Assembly: GCF_036588685.1 (NCBI RefSeq)
Contig: NC_086381.1
Location: 66,402,001 to 66,466,000 of the forward strand
Reading direction: 5' to 3'
Length of the DNA stretch: 64,000 nucleotides
DNA from: Mytilus trossulus
Lineage: Eukaryota
In this document: piece by piece, positions 12,490 through 26,500 of the stretch
How the letters are laid out: each line of letters opens with the position of its first letter
Position numbering within the stretch: the first letter of the stretch is position 1
The notes under the pieces: model-generated
Databases searched by the model: none
The model's input: the letters and a program-made list of their open reading frames with translations, nothing else
What the model was told of the DNA's origin: nothing
Translations under genes and position numbers: made by a program

Positions 12490-14317
12490 CCTTGTACCTA
12501 AAAATATATTCATCGGGTTTTATTTGACCCAGACCTTCAATGATATTAATTTTATTCTGTTATAAGTTTCATATAATTCCATTTAATGTTACAAAAAATT
12601 ACTTTGATTTTGAATTGCTGTATTCGTTTTTGATTCAAGTTTGTTTCTGTTTGTTGATACAGTAACTGTTAATTGCATTGTTGTCCCGAATCGACAATTT
12701 AATGTAGACTGCTTGAGACACTACTAGTAAACTAGTAAATCTATGGACAAAAACAAAATTGGGATAACAAACTAAAATAAACAAATCATCACTCACTGTT
12801 TATTGCGTACCACATGTATGCATGTGTAATTTAGAGCAAATGGATAATTGTTTGCAATGTAAGCAACACAAAATCACATATGGCTGATCAGTATTGATGA
12901 TCAATATTGATGATATCTTACTGACAGCAAAACAAATGCTGGTTGTATATTATAATATATACTAAAGTTAACAACATATGCTAACATATTTGATCACACA
13001 CATACATGTAGTTTCTAATTATAAAACATATAGCATAATTTTAATTTCGTATTTTGGATTTTTTAATAACCAATGAGATTTTGGCTGTTATAATGCTTTT
13101 ATGATTAAAACTCAGACGTGCAAAACTATCTCTAGGTTTTTTTTAGCGTGGTCAAGTAAAAATACAACTCACCAATATATAAAAGCTTTGTTATTTAATG
13201 TGATTTATGGATTATTTGACAAAACCTAGACATGTTGCGTGACGTCTGTGTTTGAACATCTAGAAATGAGTTTTATATTACATTTCAAATGAAATCCAAT
13301 AATTGTTTTAAAAAAAAGTACAAAACAAATTTATTCAGATTTGATATATTTGACAATATTATATATGTAGCTTGTATTATATTGTGATACGTTAATTTTT
13401 ATTTTTCGTTTGTTATTTTTGTATTGTCTTTTGTTTTAAACTAGTCAATATATAATTGCGTAATTTCTTTTCAGACGGACTGACGATACTGCTGATAATT
13501 AAACTATATTAACATATCAAACATTTTTTCCATAAACCCGTCTTATATTTACTTAAATTTATTATTCAGCACGTTTCAAATTATATATTATTCAATTTCT
13601 TCGTTATGTTTTCCTAAATTGTGACTCAAATTCAGTAGATGATATATTTTGTTGATTTTAAAGGCGCATATTATTTTTTTTCTTAGTTTTTATTCTAACA
13701 AGCATTTGGATAATACGCAAATTAGAAAACCACCACAAATAGGCGAGTTCTGTGTTAGTTGTTGTTTCAATGTATAGATTGATGAAAAAAGCACATCACG
13801 TGACATTATTCTATACACACGCTGATTACTATGTCTCTGATGAAATCCAATATTAAGATGATATTGTTCAAAGTCTATGTTTTTTTATACAGACTATGAT
13901 GTATTGATCTCACAATAAATATATATTTTGACGTCATCACGTGACTTTTGTGTGTAAAATGAATTCAAACATGGTCAAACGGACTATCTCTGAAATTAAA
14001 CATAATTAGCGATAAACTCATCATAAATACATGAATTACGAAAGACTCATAAAATAATTATTTCAAACAGTCCAAAACGATAAATTGAGCATGTCTTTTA
14101 CAACAGTTGCCAACAAATCTTTGAAAAGAATCGAAAAATATTTACATCATATCCATTCCTCAAATATATACAATTATAGTCGTTCATTATTGGAAAAAGT
14201 AAATATTTGTTTCTTGAATCACTAATGAATTGGGATCAACAGGAGACTGGGACAGAAATTTGGCTTCATATTTTAAGGTATAAAGGTATATTTCTATTGT
14301 TCATTTGAATTTTAAAT

Positions 14318-16026
14318 ACAAAAAGGGATATAGACAAAGCATATTAGAAAAAATAAAATATAACAATTTAAATATTATCATTAAATAAAACAGTGACGGG
14401 ATGTATAAGTACAGGGCCACGTCATATGTAACAAAGAAACAAAAAAGGCATATATCTGAAGACAAAACATATTAACAAAAATGAATTTCAAGAATACAAA
14501 AAAATATCATAGAACAATAAAGAGGTGCTTGACTGGGCACAGGCAAGGGTTACATGTATACAGCATTTAACAGAGCATATTTTAGTAAAGAACGTTTTAG
14601 TTAATTTAACAAATAGGATATTACAATGGACATTTTGAACATGCAGGCGGCTTGTCAGTTGCGATTGTATTTGGGAGTTACATAATATATGGAGCTGTTT
14701 TATACCCATAGGGTGCATGGATATTGGTTACTGGTCCTGTCTACTTGTGTTTTATTCCATTTATATATATTTTATTACCCCTCTACGCAATCTGTAACAT
14801 TGTGGATCAATCATGGGGTACACGTGATAAGGTTAGTACTGTTTGATGATAATTTTATATGAAACAGATTTCAAAGTTATATTAGTATGAACCGAAGAAA
14901 TTAAGATATGTTGTATGATTATCAATAAGGTAACTACCTAACAGGTACAAAATACATTTTATAAAAGCAACTTAAGTCTTTGTAGATATTAAGTAATAAC
15001 ACAAATGCATCGATATCCATAAAAAGCAACACATGACAAAAAGAGAACAAAACTAACAAGAACAATTGAAATTTGATATCAGTTTAAATGATAACATAAT
15101 AATAATACATACAGCAACCAATCACAGTCACTGAATCACAAGCTCCTTACGTGGGACAAAATCATAAAGAATGTGGAATGATAAAAACAGCTTTCCACCA
15201 GACAATATATGACGTAGATGATGACTATTCTATCCGACAAATAAAAGACAGGTAGTACCTTTTGTTGGGTATTTTCGATTACTGAGAGGGTGTATCCCGC
15301 TCTCTGTACGTTTTTTATAGTCATAAAACGGGTCCATGTGTGATTTGTTGCATGATTTAATTTCTGATATCTTATAAAAAAATATTACATAATATGAAAC
15401 TATTTTTCAATATAGAGACAAGACAACTATTTCTGCTGTTGTTATAAATGAAAGGGAAAACGAACACTTCCCCCTTATTGTCATAACACTGACTGTGAAT
15501 GAAACAATGAATATTTGTGAAAACCCAATTAAAAGAATATATTTCTGTTGCTACTTAATTGCCATTTTGATTATTTCAACATGTTCAACAATAGAATAAT
15601 GAAAGACGAATCAAACATTTTGTCAAAGCAGGGTCAAATAATATATTCCAAAAAGAGCTACATAAATTGTAACGGCATCGAAGTAACGCAACACAAATTA
15701 GAATCTGCTGTACCTTTGACATCTATCCCATATATTTAATTTCTATTTACCAAAAATGAATGAGAAATTGGCTTTAGCTTTATACATGAATTTCTATTAT
15801 ATGTTTTAATCATGTTCATGGTAAAACATTATTTTTTGATATGGTTTGTACACTCAATTGTATTTTTTTCTGATGGTTTGATCTATGATGATGTTGATAG
15901 CATTCACGATTGCCAAATAATGTAGCAAACACATGCTCTTAATTACGCCACGTCACGTGTGAAATATATATTTGAAATATATTATACAATGTATATAAGC
16001 TCATTGGAATATATTGGTTTCTAAGG
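14318..16026 (+). repeat. Inverted segmental duplicate of the chitin synthase 3' region (matches ~1175-2912 and ~1-120)
   Basis: Colinear reverse-complement similarity across exon and introns; lacks the Penelope-type insertion seen at 1895-2216. Confidence 0.9.
14617..14831 (+). pseudogene. Duplicated chitin synthase SWGTR exon with premature stop
   Basis: Near-copy of 2327-2538 on the opposite strand; 3-nt insertion and TGG>TAG stop at 14709-14711; no copies of the upstream exons nearby. Confidence 0.9.
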
Positions 16027-18025
16027 TTGATACAGAGGGGATATTGGAATAATCATATGATCTTCTCTATTTGCAATGTTTATAAGCATACTTTTTTTTC
16101 CAAAAGACTTTGATAAATGTAAAATTCAAATTGAATAACATTGGTAAGAAAATATTAATTCCTAAGCTTTTTTTTTTCTTTTTGTCATTTGATTTTGCCG
16201 TGTGATTATGGACTTTCCCATTCGATTTTCCTCTGAGTTCAGTATTTTTGTGATTTTATTTTTTGTACGCAACGAATTATCAGTGGTGTAGACATATTTC
16301 AAACCCTACATTTCTGGCATCACACATGTCCGACTTGTAATATCCATCGCGAAATACAAGTATTCTTTTATTACCTCTGGAATGAAAAAAAACTCGTTCG
16401 CGTCCGTTCAGATTTTAATATCTCATGAGAAGAGAAAATCTGTATATAAGATTGATTTACAACAGTAATTAGACATACATTTTTAGGTATGGTTAAATCG
16501 AAATTTATTAACATCTTTTCTGTGATATATCAATTGGGTGTCAAATATCAAAGAAATAATGAATGTTAACATTGCAAACCAAACAGCGACGTAACAATTC
16601 TCAAAATTCATGCAGTAATCGCTGAAAGTATATTTTGTTTTATTAATAATACATTGAAGGTACTTAATTCTTTTTTTTCTTTTTCTAATGCTGTCGTATT
16701 TCATTTAAGCAAGTGGTAAATTTGTATGAAAACATTTTTTGCAGCTGAGACAATGTTTCTTAGAAGTTTGAGAGCAATATCGTTCAATTTGAGTGACTTC
16801 AACCAAGATGAATTCAATTTCTGGGAAGGACTTGTGTTCAACGCTGTAGGATTGTCGGTACCAATTGGATTATCAAACGAAGACAGAAAATTAGGATTGA
16901 AATTATTTAGAAAGAAGGCGTAAATATTCTTTCGTAGTGCTAATCTGATGTGCATGGTTGCACTAATAGGATTTTATTCCTTCTCAACGCATACTTTCTA
17001 TAGTAAATTTATGTTTAACATTGGTACGGGAGTTATGCTAGGGTTACCACTTAGCTACATTCACATTGAAATAACAAATTCCTTATTCTTCGAAATTTTC
17101 TTAATTTGTATCACTTACCTTTACCTAGAGTACACCTTAATATATATGAAATGAACGACTAAAATATATATTCATTGATTGTCCCAAGCATACCAATACA
17201 TTTTGTATTACATAATACATATTTCCTTTGTTGATTCGTTATGGAGTTTCAAAAACTTAAACGTTTTTCAAGTATAATATGGATATTTTGATAGTGTTTT
17301 ATCATCATGCATACTAAGAAAAATGACATCAAAGCAATGTAGTACTGTGTTGTTGATGAAACAACTTTCAATTAGTGAAACAAATAAACATATATAGCAT
17401 GTATAGGTACACGTGACCGTACGGCTTCCATCAATGATCAAAAATTCATATATAAAAAGGCTTTAAAGCTTTAAACGAGAAAAATCTACGGCCTGGTTGA
17501 TATAAAAAGGATTAAAGAAAAAAAAAATATATGGCAGTCAGCAACCTAACAAAATAACTGAATTCCGGGTCCTTGATATGCGATGTGAACCTAAAGAACA
17601 TAGCGGTGCTGAACAATTTTGATATATCTTGAATTCCTTGATTGCTGGTAATGGTAAACGAATTCGCATCCATCGTTTATCTAATGCATGCTTATATACC
17701 GTTTACCTTTTGTTAAGGTCAGAAGGTAATATTATTAAATGTATACACCAAGACGTATTGTGCTATATAGTTAAAAGTTTAAAAACAGCTTCAGTTTAAC
17801 GATGTCCAATCTCGTATTCCGATTGAGAAGAGACGAATCAAGGTATGAAATCAAAACTGGGGAATTGCGTGCGTGATCTCCAATATAAGAAAGACTGGAT
17901 GCTCAACAAGTTTGCAATATGTATAGATCAACGGTAATTAAAACCCACAATCAGTTTAAATGTAAATGTTATATTCGAGAATAGGACACAATCGGTAACA
18001 TTAAGAAGCAGACTCAGATGCTGGT

Positions 18026-18725
18026 ATGACCAATTTGTTTTTGTACTCCTATGAAGCAGAATTTATTCAAAACCTTCTAAAGAAACAAAAAGAAAATGAA
18101 CCTTGCGAAATTCTTAAATTTTATTTCATATGTATTGATGATGTCCTATCACTGAAAAACCCATATTTCAGTCAATACTTACATCTCAAATATCCCAGTG
18201 AGCTTGAAATTAAGGATACTACTGATACTAAAAAGACTGCTTCATACTTAAATCTTTTTCTCAATATTGACACAAATGAACGACTTAACACTAAAATATA
18301 TGACAAACTGAACGATTTCAACTTCCCAATTATTCACTTTCAATTTCACAGCATTTACGTACACCCTACGTATTGTGTTTACATATCTCAGTTAATTCGT
18401 TATGCTCGTGCATGTTTACACTATACGAACTTTATATACATGGGTGTGCTCTAAACGCAGAAATTACTCCAACAACTGTACGAGAAGGAACGATTGAAAA
18501 TTGACAATCCGTAAATTTTATGGACACCATCACGAATTGGTTGATCCATACGATGTATCTCTATCTAAACTAATTAAGGACAGTTTTACCACATCTTAGA
18601 TTGTTGGTTGTCATTTACGTCGTCTGGTCTTTTAAGTACCGAACGTTACTTATTACCGAATGTGACTGTTTTCTGCGATTGATTTTGCATTACTATAAGA
18701 CGTGTCAGAGTAGTTGTTATCCAAC
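18026..18725 (+). mobile_element. Penelope-like reverse transcriptase remnant
   Basis: LFLYSYEAEFIQ, IDDVLSL, YPSELEIKDTT, ASYL, IYDK..DFNFPI, YISQLIRYARAC; 5'-truncated with stops. Confidence 0.85.
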
Positions 18726-19261
18726 ATGCATATATTTGGTTACGATGTTGTATTTGTAATTCTGATTGGATATTGTTAAAAGTATTATTGTTTGTAGTTG
18801 TAATTTTTTTGTCAGAACTTTCTATTCGAATGTAAAAGTAAAGATAATTAATCACCCAATTCATTTACAAGAAATAAGTTTGCGGCAAATAAACGTACAC
18901 GATTTATTTGTTTTGCAGTTTGATTTAGAAGAAATACAGACATAGCTAGATAATACAAATTTATATTAATAAAATTGTTAATGTTATAATATACATCAAA
19001 TACAATTACAAAACTGATTTTGAACTATATCAAAATTTTTTAAATTTACCATTAACGTCACTTTTACCTGTGACGTCACTTTTGTAGCATTTTCTAGTCG
19101 TGTGACAGACAATGCATTGTTCTTTTGTGCGGTTTTATATGCTGTTGAATGTTCTTTTACGGGTTCGTTTCCATTCTGTGGTAAGTCACTATTTCGGTGT
19201 TGACATGATTTTTAATTATATGGTCATTTTTATAAATTTACTGCATGAAAAAGTTTGAATT

Positions 19262-20170
19262 AAACTAAAACCTGTATAAACCGGCCGGCTACGGGACTAT
19301 GAAAAAGGGCCGGTTTGGACAGTGAGCCGTTATATTCAGGTTTCCGTATCGACCGGAAGTTAATGACTTATGACGTCCGATAGTTGGCATATAAAAGTTC
19401 TCTTTAATGTTAAAGAATATCTGATCAATTAAAATACTTTTACTTCGTTTTCCATTGTTTAAATTTGCATCCTAATGCTCGCGTTGTTTGGATTGTGAGA
19501 CGAGAGTTTCGATTTACTTCCATGATCATTTATTTGAAATGTTGGAATGGCCGATCAAAAAGCCAGAATATTATCAAACGTAATTTCATCACTATTGAAA
19601 CGTTGTCGTACAGTGTACTATACCCATTGATTGTTGTCATCCGGGTGTTTTTCATTATCAAGGTCATTTGTTTAGGGGTTCACAGCAGGGAACCCAGGGT
19701 TTCGACATCACGTTGTAAATTTCTTATGCTGCGATTTAAATTTGTTTATCCAAGTTACAAAACGTAAGTTAAAACCGAGATATAGTCGGTGTGTCTTGTC
19801 GTTTAATTGACACGTTTATAATGTTTCAATAAATAATACAGCTCACTACTTTACGATTGTAAGTTCACTTCACAGTTTAACACCTGACTAATTGAGTATC
19901 CTGAAAAGTCATATTGTAAAAACAATTATGTTTTGATTGCATATCGATCAGTGAAATTAATTAGACAAACCGGTTTTGACAGGTAATAATTAATGTAATT
20001 AAGAGTATTGAGACTTCATAATTAGACCGGAATTCGGAATACACAGGGTCCGGTTTACCAAGGGTATTTTAACAATGACTTTGAAGGGGAAAAAATGGGA
20101 CTTTCATTTTCGGTCGGAATGTACAGGAAGCCGGTTTATTCAGGGTCCGGTTTAATCAGGTTTGACTGTA
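19262..20170. mobile_element. Non-autonomous TIR element nested in a retrozyme-like repeat
   Basis: Left aaaacctgtataaaccgg and right ccggtttaatcaggtttgactg-ta are inverted; the retrozyme-like sequence continues on both sides. Confidence 0.6.
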
Positions 20171-20320
20171 CTCTTAATACTTAGGGTTTTCTTATCTCGG
20201 GCATAGATAATCTTAGCCGTATTTGGTAAAACGTTTTAGAATATTTGGGTCATCAATGCTCCTCAACTTTGTACTTGTTTTCGTCTGTGTTCACTATTTT
20301 TATCTAAGCGTCACTGGTAA

Positions 20321-20749
20321 TATAAAAAAGAAGATGTGGTATGATTGCCAATGAGACAACTATCCACAAAAGACCAAAATGACACAAACATTAACAACTA
20401 TAGGTCACCGTACGGCCTTCAACAATGAGCAAAGCCCATACCGCATAGTCAGCTATAAAAGGCCACGATAAGACAATGTAAAATAATTCAAACGAGAAAA
20501 CTAACGGCCTTATTTCAGTAAAAAAATGAACAAAAAACAAATATGTAACACATTAACAAACGACAACAACTGAATTACAGGCTCCGGACTTGGGACAGGC
20601 ACATACTGTACATAAATAATGTGGCGGGGTTAAACATGTTAGCGGGACCCCAACCCTCCCCCTAACCTGGGACAGTGGTATAACAGTAACGAACTATAAA
20701 CATCAGTTGAAAAAAGGCTTAACTCATCAGATAGACCAAAAAATACAAA
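20321..20749. mobile_element. Abundant interspersed repeat inserted with 6-bp TSD TGGTAA (family copies at ~31810-32015, 35895-35960, 40825-41460, 52840-53780)
   Basis: TGGTAA at 20315-20320 and 20750-20755; high identity to 31810-32015. Confidence 0.8.
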
Positions 20750-21957
20750 TGGTAAGTCTTATGAAGACGAAACGCACAAATGGTGTATTAAATTAAAAAC
20801 CTGGTACCTTTGATGACTAACATCAAGGCGGTATTTCCTAGTGTAATTTTAATTTGTGTTTCTTTGTCCTGATTGTTCTTGCAATTGTTCGTACTGTAGT
20901 CCTGTCATGTAATATTGTCATTTTAGTTTTATATGTACCATTGCCATAAAAGCGCGAGGTTTGGAAAACCAGGCTCAACCCTCCATTATTTCTTAAAATG
21001 TCTTGTAATAAGTCAGGAAATTGGAAGTTGCTATCTTTAGTTCGTTACTGTGTGTGTTACATTGTCGTTCTGTTTTTATTTCACTTTGGTTTTTCTGTTG
21101 TTTTGATGTTTCACTCTTATAGTTGATGTGTTTACCTCAGTTTTAGTTTTTAATCCGGATTTGTTTTCTCTGTATCGATGCATGACTTTCTAACAATGGT
21201 ATACTACTGTTGCCTTTTTAAGCCCTCGGTTCTTATTATGGAAACTGATTGGAATTTCAACTTTGGTTATTTGAAATCTTCCATCTGTATAATATAACGA
21301 TATAAAGCGGACATTCTACTTTTGGCTGTATCCTTAATCTTAGGTTCACAAGTATATATGAGATGTAATGTAGGTTACTTATATATATATCCCATTTGAA
21401 AACTGAATATCACAACAGGATACAAACCGTTTACCAGCATGCTAATCATGTATTAGCGGAAAGTTTTTAAATATATTAACCCTACACGTACATGTAACAG
21501 CAATATTATATTTTGCATTATGGTCTCATTATCCAAAAGATGAGGTACAAGCTTGGTTTTATCAGTGATTCAATATTTGAAAAAGATCAAACACGGTTTA
21601 AGAAGCCCATCAGTCGACGAAAAATAAACAAACAGTGGCAAATGTGAATATCGCCGAATTAAATAAATAGTCAGCACAACATCTATGTTGACACCTATAT
21701 TGTTTATCGTACCTGATCAGATGCATCGTTGGTTTATTGTGTGTCTTTCACCAAATTTGCGTCTGTGCGCAAGGTATATATTAAGCTTTTTATAAAGATA
21801 ATATAATGTGCACCTTTTCAATATGGAATTTTAACATGTGTCTCTCTCATGCAAAGCTCTGATTCCTTTCACGGATATGGCTATACTTTTTGGACCTTTT
21901 GGATTATAGCTATTCATATTTTATATAAGCTTTGGATTTCAAATATTTTGGCCATGA

Positions 21958-22001
21958 GCATCACTGAAGAGACATGTATTGTCGAAATGCGCTTATGGTG
22001 C
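21958..22001 (+). ncRNA. Type I hammerhead motif, second sequence type (CTGAAGA core), stem III partly decayed
   Basis: GCATCA-CTGAAGA-GACA tgtat TGTC-GAAA-TGCGCT-TA-TGGTGC. Confidence 0.65.
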
Positions 22002-22249
22002 AGGAAAAGTGGTACAATTAATGTTATTCCATTGTGATAATGACGAAACAAAGAATTTCGTCTATGTTTTCGATTTCTGATATAAATATAAATAAGCAGG
22101 TAAAACATAAATGTTTGTCGGTAAGAAGGAGAGAAAAAGAAAGAGATAAATGACACTAAAAGTAACACAGAAAATTTAAATGTGAATGATATTGAAAGTT
22201 ATGATATTGGCGACGTGCAATGGATACATACATGCTCCTTTTTGAGCCT

Positions 22250-24200
22250 CTTCCTTCACACATATATGGTATCTGAAAAGGAACAGATTGCTTCGAATTT
22301 TAAACAATTACCGTGTTTACGTATTTCGTCTGATTTTTAAAAGAAAAAAGTTTGATGCAGACCATCGGATGTGTTCTAAAACCACTCCAAAGACACGGCA
22401 TATCGTTGGCCTAAATCCATCATATAAAAAAGCAACGATATAAACGATATAAACAACTGAATATAGTAGAGAATTGTGCCAGGCAATAGGTTGCATACCA
22501 AAAAGAAGACGTAGATACTCTTTCTTAAAGGAATGAGGCTGTGAGGTCATTGATACAAATCATGAATACCCATGCATATTTCATCCACCTTTTAAGACCA
22601 AAATATTGCAAAACACTTTTCCGTCCTCCATGACAAATATGTTTATGTCCATACAGATAAAGCCATAACAACATCGTTTCTGTTTTCCTCAATCACATTA
22701 CATAATCTGCTTCATAAATGAATAAGGTATTCACTTTAAACTCAACATATACACTGACACAAAGGGGAAATACTAGATGATCATACATTGTACATGTATG
22801 TCTGTTCTATGTTGCTTTGGACTTTCAACCAAAGACGAAGATATAAGATGCTGTTTGTGTTGGACCTGAACTACAGCACTGCCACCTGGGTTATCATTAA
22901 AGGGGAATACATGACCAATGTCTCTCATTACCACTGCAACAATTCACGACCGACTTAATAATGCGGGAAAACATTTTGAAATTTGTTGTCGGTCGCCATT
23001 ATATTTTGCAAATAAAGATTTCATTATACCATGTGAACGTAATTTTAAATCATTGGCAAAAGCTATTTTTATATCATTCCTTTGGGCCTTTGTAGCTCCA
23101 GGGAACATATACCGACACTAAAACTGAATTTGACCCCGTTGTATAGTATCTGCCAGTCTATTTATTGACCATAAAGGGTCAAATATTTCTTGCACTGCTT
23201 CTTGTTAATCTTGTACACTTTTTGCTTCCCCATCAGTAGTACAATAGTCCACAAGTAAATCAAGTTTAGCATTGACCTATTTCATACCCAAGATCAACCA
23301 ATGATATCATAATTGTCAGTTTCATTTTCACAAGTAATACTAACTAACTTGTGATGCATTTTGTCCCATTTTATGCCTACTGTTTATATGCACACTCTGA
23401 TAGGTACCATTCATTTGTAATTTTCATTTAGCCCTAATGTTTAATGTTTAATGTCTCTTCCTGAAACTCTCAACCACTTGTTTGTTTTCATTTTCATCAA
23501 CTTTTACAACCTTGACACAAACTGTATTTGTTAATCTCTGCATTGTTCTTTTTGACATAGGATGAATACATGAACCTGTCAACGTAGTCACCAATATTAC
23601 ATTTTATCACGCCAGTATGAAACCCGTATTTAATTGTAGCACTCTAACGACCAGGACGTCATGTGTTATTTTCTCTAAACAGTATATTTTTTTCTGAAAT
23701 AAATTTACATTTGGTACACTTCATTTTTAAAATCCAACCAAGACCCCATTAAGTCTCTTGTACCAGTTCAAAATGTGGAACAACACAAATTGTTGGTATT
23801 GCCTGTGAAAATGAAACTGACAATCATGATATCATCGGTTTTCACCTTGTAAACAAACTTTGCTGGGTTGGTGCATGGTTGCTAGGTAAAGGTTATAACA
23901 TTGAATGTCCTAATCACGAATACTGCACATCAAATGCAAATAGGTATGATCCTTGGACTGAGAAGGATCTTGGGTATGAAATAGGTAAAAAAAACCTGCT
24001 GAATTCCTTTTCTGTAAGGCAGGGTAACGAGACAGATTCTGTAGTGTTTTTAGGTGTCAAATCTTTAGTATTAACAATTTTTATGGATTCTTATAATGCT
24101 AAAGAACTGCTTGATGATTTTCTATCCCGGTCTGTTTCTGAAATTAATACTAACATAACTTTAGATTTTATAACCCATGTATACCACCATTCCCTATGTG
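22250..24200 (-). mobile_element. Highly decayed coding remnant, possibly a Mutator-like transposase
   Basis: Fragmented frames with DYCTTDGEAK and Cys-rich pieces; many stops. Confidence 0.3.
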
Positions 24201-24240
24201 AAATCCGTTATGGATTGGACAACGAAACAAGGTTAACAAT

Positions 24241-24630
24241 AGACCACTTTCGAGTTCATCCGTCACCGGCAAAAACTCGTCAATTATGCACGCCTTTATG
24301 ACGTCATTTACCAGATAGAGGGGCTCGCCTGCATCCCTGCACTATTTACGTTCATCAAGCGTCTTAGTGATCGTCTTTGTGCAGGATAAACTAGAAATAA
24401 TGGTTGCTCTGTAGGTACTTACTGACAATTCCCTAATGACAGCAGTGTTGGTTGTCAATTTTGAGAATTCAATTTGCCGAATAATTCGTACAATATAGAA
24501 TTATAGTTTTCCAACCACTCGCTCAACATTGGAAGGAAGTGACGACGCCCCTAATCGCACAAATGACGGTGATAAAGGCGCGTATAATTGACGAGTTTTT
24601 TCCGGTGACGGATGAACTCGAAAGTGGTCT
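24241..24630. mobile_element. MITE with ~70-bp terminal inverted repeats
   Basis: agaccactttcgagttcatccgtcaccgg... and ...ccggtgacggatgaactcgaaagtggtct; AT on both flanks. Confidence 0.9.
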
Positions 24631-26260
24631 ATTACAGCATGTCGTATGCGCACTTTGACTACACTGGACTCTTCATTTGGGCTTAAGTAAAAACTACCAG
24701 AAGGCCAACATAAATGACGATCTCGGATAGACGAGTGCTGGTTTGGAAGGAGTCTGTACTTATAAAATAATGACTAATACGTGATCATACAATAACGTTG
24801 GTATATACCAAACTGCTAACTATAGTCCGGCAGATCGGTGAACATTTTTTTGGGTTTGATGATAAAAGCACCGAAGTGGAAGTAGTTCTGGGTTTTTCAA
24901 ACAATATTAGCTATGGCACCACATTGACATTTCAATATGTTTTTTTTCAAGATGGTCGACTGAAAATATCACAATCGATATATTTCATCTTTAAAATGTC
25001 GAAATGTTTGTCAAATTTTGCATGATAGTAGTGCGGGGTATATCGAATAATATAAGTCATTGACCAAACGTGGAATCTCAAAATGACTGCTTTTACCAGG
25101 ATTGCCGTTTTAGAATACCAAAATCGACATATTTAACTTAATACTAGTATACAAGTGTTAATTTGGAATGCTAGAAGTGCTGGATACTTTAAACAATATG
25201 ACATACGGACCTAAGTTGAAATTTTAAAATGGCGGCTTTTTCTAAGATGGCTGCCATATGATATCAAAAACAAGAAATATCCATTATATAGGGTTTTTAA
25301 AGTGTTTTGTTTTGACGTACCTTCAGTAGAATCAAGTGACTTTGATACACAGTGCATGCTTCATTTTTAGACTAAACCCAAACATCAACTGTTTTGTGAT
25401 TTTTTTTTTTTAGAAAAACTACGGTTCCATACATGCATACGGTACCATATTTAATGCAGTATACAACTAGTGATCACGAATAGATACTGGCGTTATTCTT
25501 ATATTTAAACTAGACTTAACTAGAATGAAAACATTTTTCTTTCTGATCATATGGAACAGGATATAGTCATGAGCAGTAATCCGGGGCTTGCCATGCCATC
25601 AAAAAGGCAGTTGCTTACATATGAACTTCCTCTGTTCAATGATTATATCAGTATTGAGTATGTGGACTCTTCTGAAAATCGTAGTGCTTTAATAAAAGCA
25701 GCTGTGGAGAATATTGACAACATCAGGAGTTCAACTACGTATACGGCTGACGATTTGTGACATATATTCCTATATATTACAACCCATCACAAGTGTTCGT
25801 ATTATTGCTATAAATTTGTAACTTATATTACAAGTATAGAATACGACATGTCCTTGCATCAACCAAATGTAACTATGTGTTTCATACTTACAAATTAAAA
25901 GTATTATAGATATGCACTCTTTGAATTGTCTACCCAGAAATACGAAGTATGACTCGTCAATTGTGCAACTCAATACCTATAGTATACACAAATTCACAAA
26001 GTGAAACACAAATAGCTTGAAGGGGAAAAATAAAATGAAACCTCGCATTGATGATGAGGTAAGTGAATCAAAATCATAACAATTACTTTTTCTAAATGTA
26101 CAGTAGCTAACTAAGTTCATAACCAATGGCAATACCTTGAAAAAGCTATTCACTAGAAATAAGTAAGAGCAGTGCATATACTTTGGTTTTTAATTCACGG
26201 GGGCATTTGTATATGCTGTTAACTTAGAGTTCGACATTTTTTCTCTTCTTCTTCTTTGAT

Positions 26261-26354
26261 CTATTTTCCCTTATAAAATGTTGAACCGTCTTGTTTTCCC
26301 CAGCCATATGTTGGACGTTTTCTATATGAGCATTCTATGTTGTTCCAAGTTACT
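26261..26354 (-). CDS. Dermatopontin-like protein terminal exon (RVTWNNIECSYRKRPTYGWGKQDGSTFYKGK*)
   Basis: ttacag acceptor, phase 2; completes a DR.xW...C motif; TAG at 26263-26261. Confidence 0.7.
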
Positions 26355-26425
26355 CTGTAATATATTAAACGAAATTGTGAATAAGTATACAAATAAAGTA
26401 CAAAGTAAATTTAACAACTATATAC

Positions 26426-26500
26426 CTATCTGTTCTATCCTTAATTCTGGTCTGTTCACATTCTGTGCCATACTTTAGGTAGGCGATATAACTTTGGTTT
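26426..26500 (-). CDS. Dermatopontin-like protein exon 4 (GNQSYIAYLKYGTECEQTRIKDRTD)
   Basis: cacag acceptor, gtatat donor, phases 2/2, open. Confidence 0.65.

Noticed and set aside
16483-17154. Cluster of short overlapping ORFs
   Set aside because: No recognisable motif or consistent splice structure.
23879-24301. 140-aa plus-strand ORF
   Set aside because: Antisense to the decayed element and runs into the MITE; probably spurious.
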